From Gemmatimonadota bacterium (GTDB taxonomy: Bacteria > Gemmatimonadota > Gemmatimonadetes > Gemmatimonadales > GWC2-71-9): a DNA stretch of 28,282 bases. The stretch spans positions 1-28,282 of the forward strand of contig JBDHDE010000061.1 in the NCBI GenBank assembly GCA_039591655.1, given 5' to 3'. Made by a program: the position numbers and the translations under genes. Positions 27,326-28,282 of this stretch are shown in pieces (position 1 is the stretch's first letter; every line of letters starts with the position of its first letter). Under the pieces are notes generated by a model. The model saw nothing but the letters and a program-made list of their open reading frames with translations, ran no database searches and was not told the DNA's origin.

Positions 27326-27501
27326 CCTGGGATCGAAGCAGACTCTTCTGATCCAGAGGGCCGGTGCTAAGGGGCCCAAACCCGGCAGAATGTCACACTA
27401 AACGCGGGTTCGTGTCGTCCTTTGCCGGGTTTGTACGGCAGAGTATCGGCTTAGGACGGCATGTTGTCGTGTCAGATGTCGTGATTTGTCGTGTTGGCTC
27501 A
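27326..27501 (-). repeat. att-like repeat copy 9 (tRNA part plus full arm)
   Basis: CCTGGGATCGAAGCAGACTCTTCTGATCCAGAG..CAAACCCGGCA..TGCCGGGTTTG..CAGATGTCGTGATTTGTCGTGTTGGCTCA. Confidence 0.9.
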
Positions 27502-27538
27502 CGGATACGACAGTCTTGCCAGCATCGGCTCAAGTTGA

Positions 27539-28282
<744 letters not shown>

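Noticed and set aside
3081..27501. CRISPR array interpretation of the repeats
   Set aside because: Spacing is irregular and kb-scale with whole genes in between, the copies are long and degenerate, and there are no cas genes

Overview
GC-rich bacterial accessory region. The family of MTDxLxxLKxALADRY-type Hanks Ser/Thr kinases suggests Gemmatimonadota (inference). About 21 intact or edge-truncated genes: SBBP beta-propeller (partial), serine hydrolase-TPR, alpha/beta esterase, four Ser/Thr kinases with different C-terminal modules, amidohydrolase, VOC and NTF2-like proteins, small hypotheticals, a TonB receptor/ECF sigma/anti-sigma/Ig-lipoprotein operon, an MsrPQ-like pair flanked by Met-rich lipopeptides, and katG (partial). 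The main unexplained structure is non-coding. Nine same-orientation, variably truncated copies of a composite repeat divide the region into 0.6-10 kb gene-bearing units. The repeat is the 3' half of tRNA-Gln(CUG), cut at the anticodon loop, joined to an arm of up to about 150 bp with an inverted repeat and iterated TGTCR motifs. No integrase or intact tRNA is in the window. This looks like a tRNA-anchored, integron-like tandem array of att-bounded gene cassettes. A tRNA-Pro 3' fragment and a few attC-like half-sites are also present.
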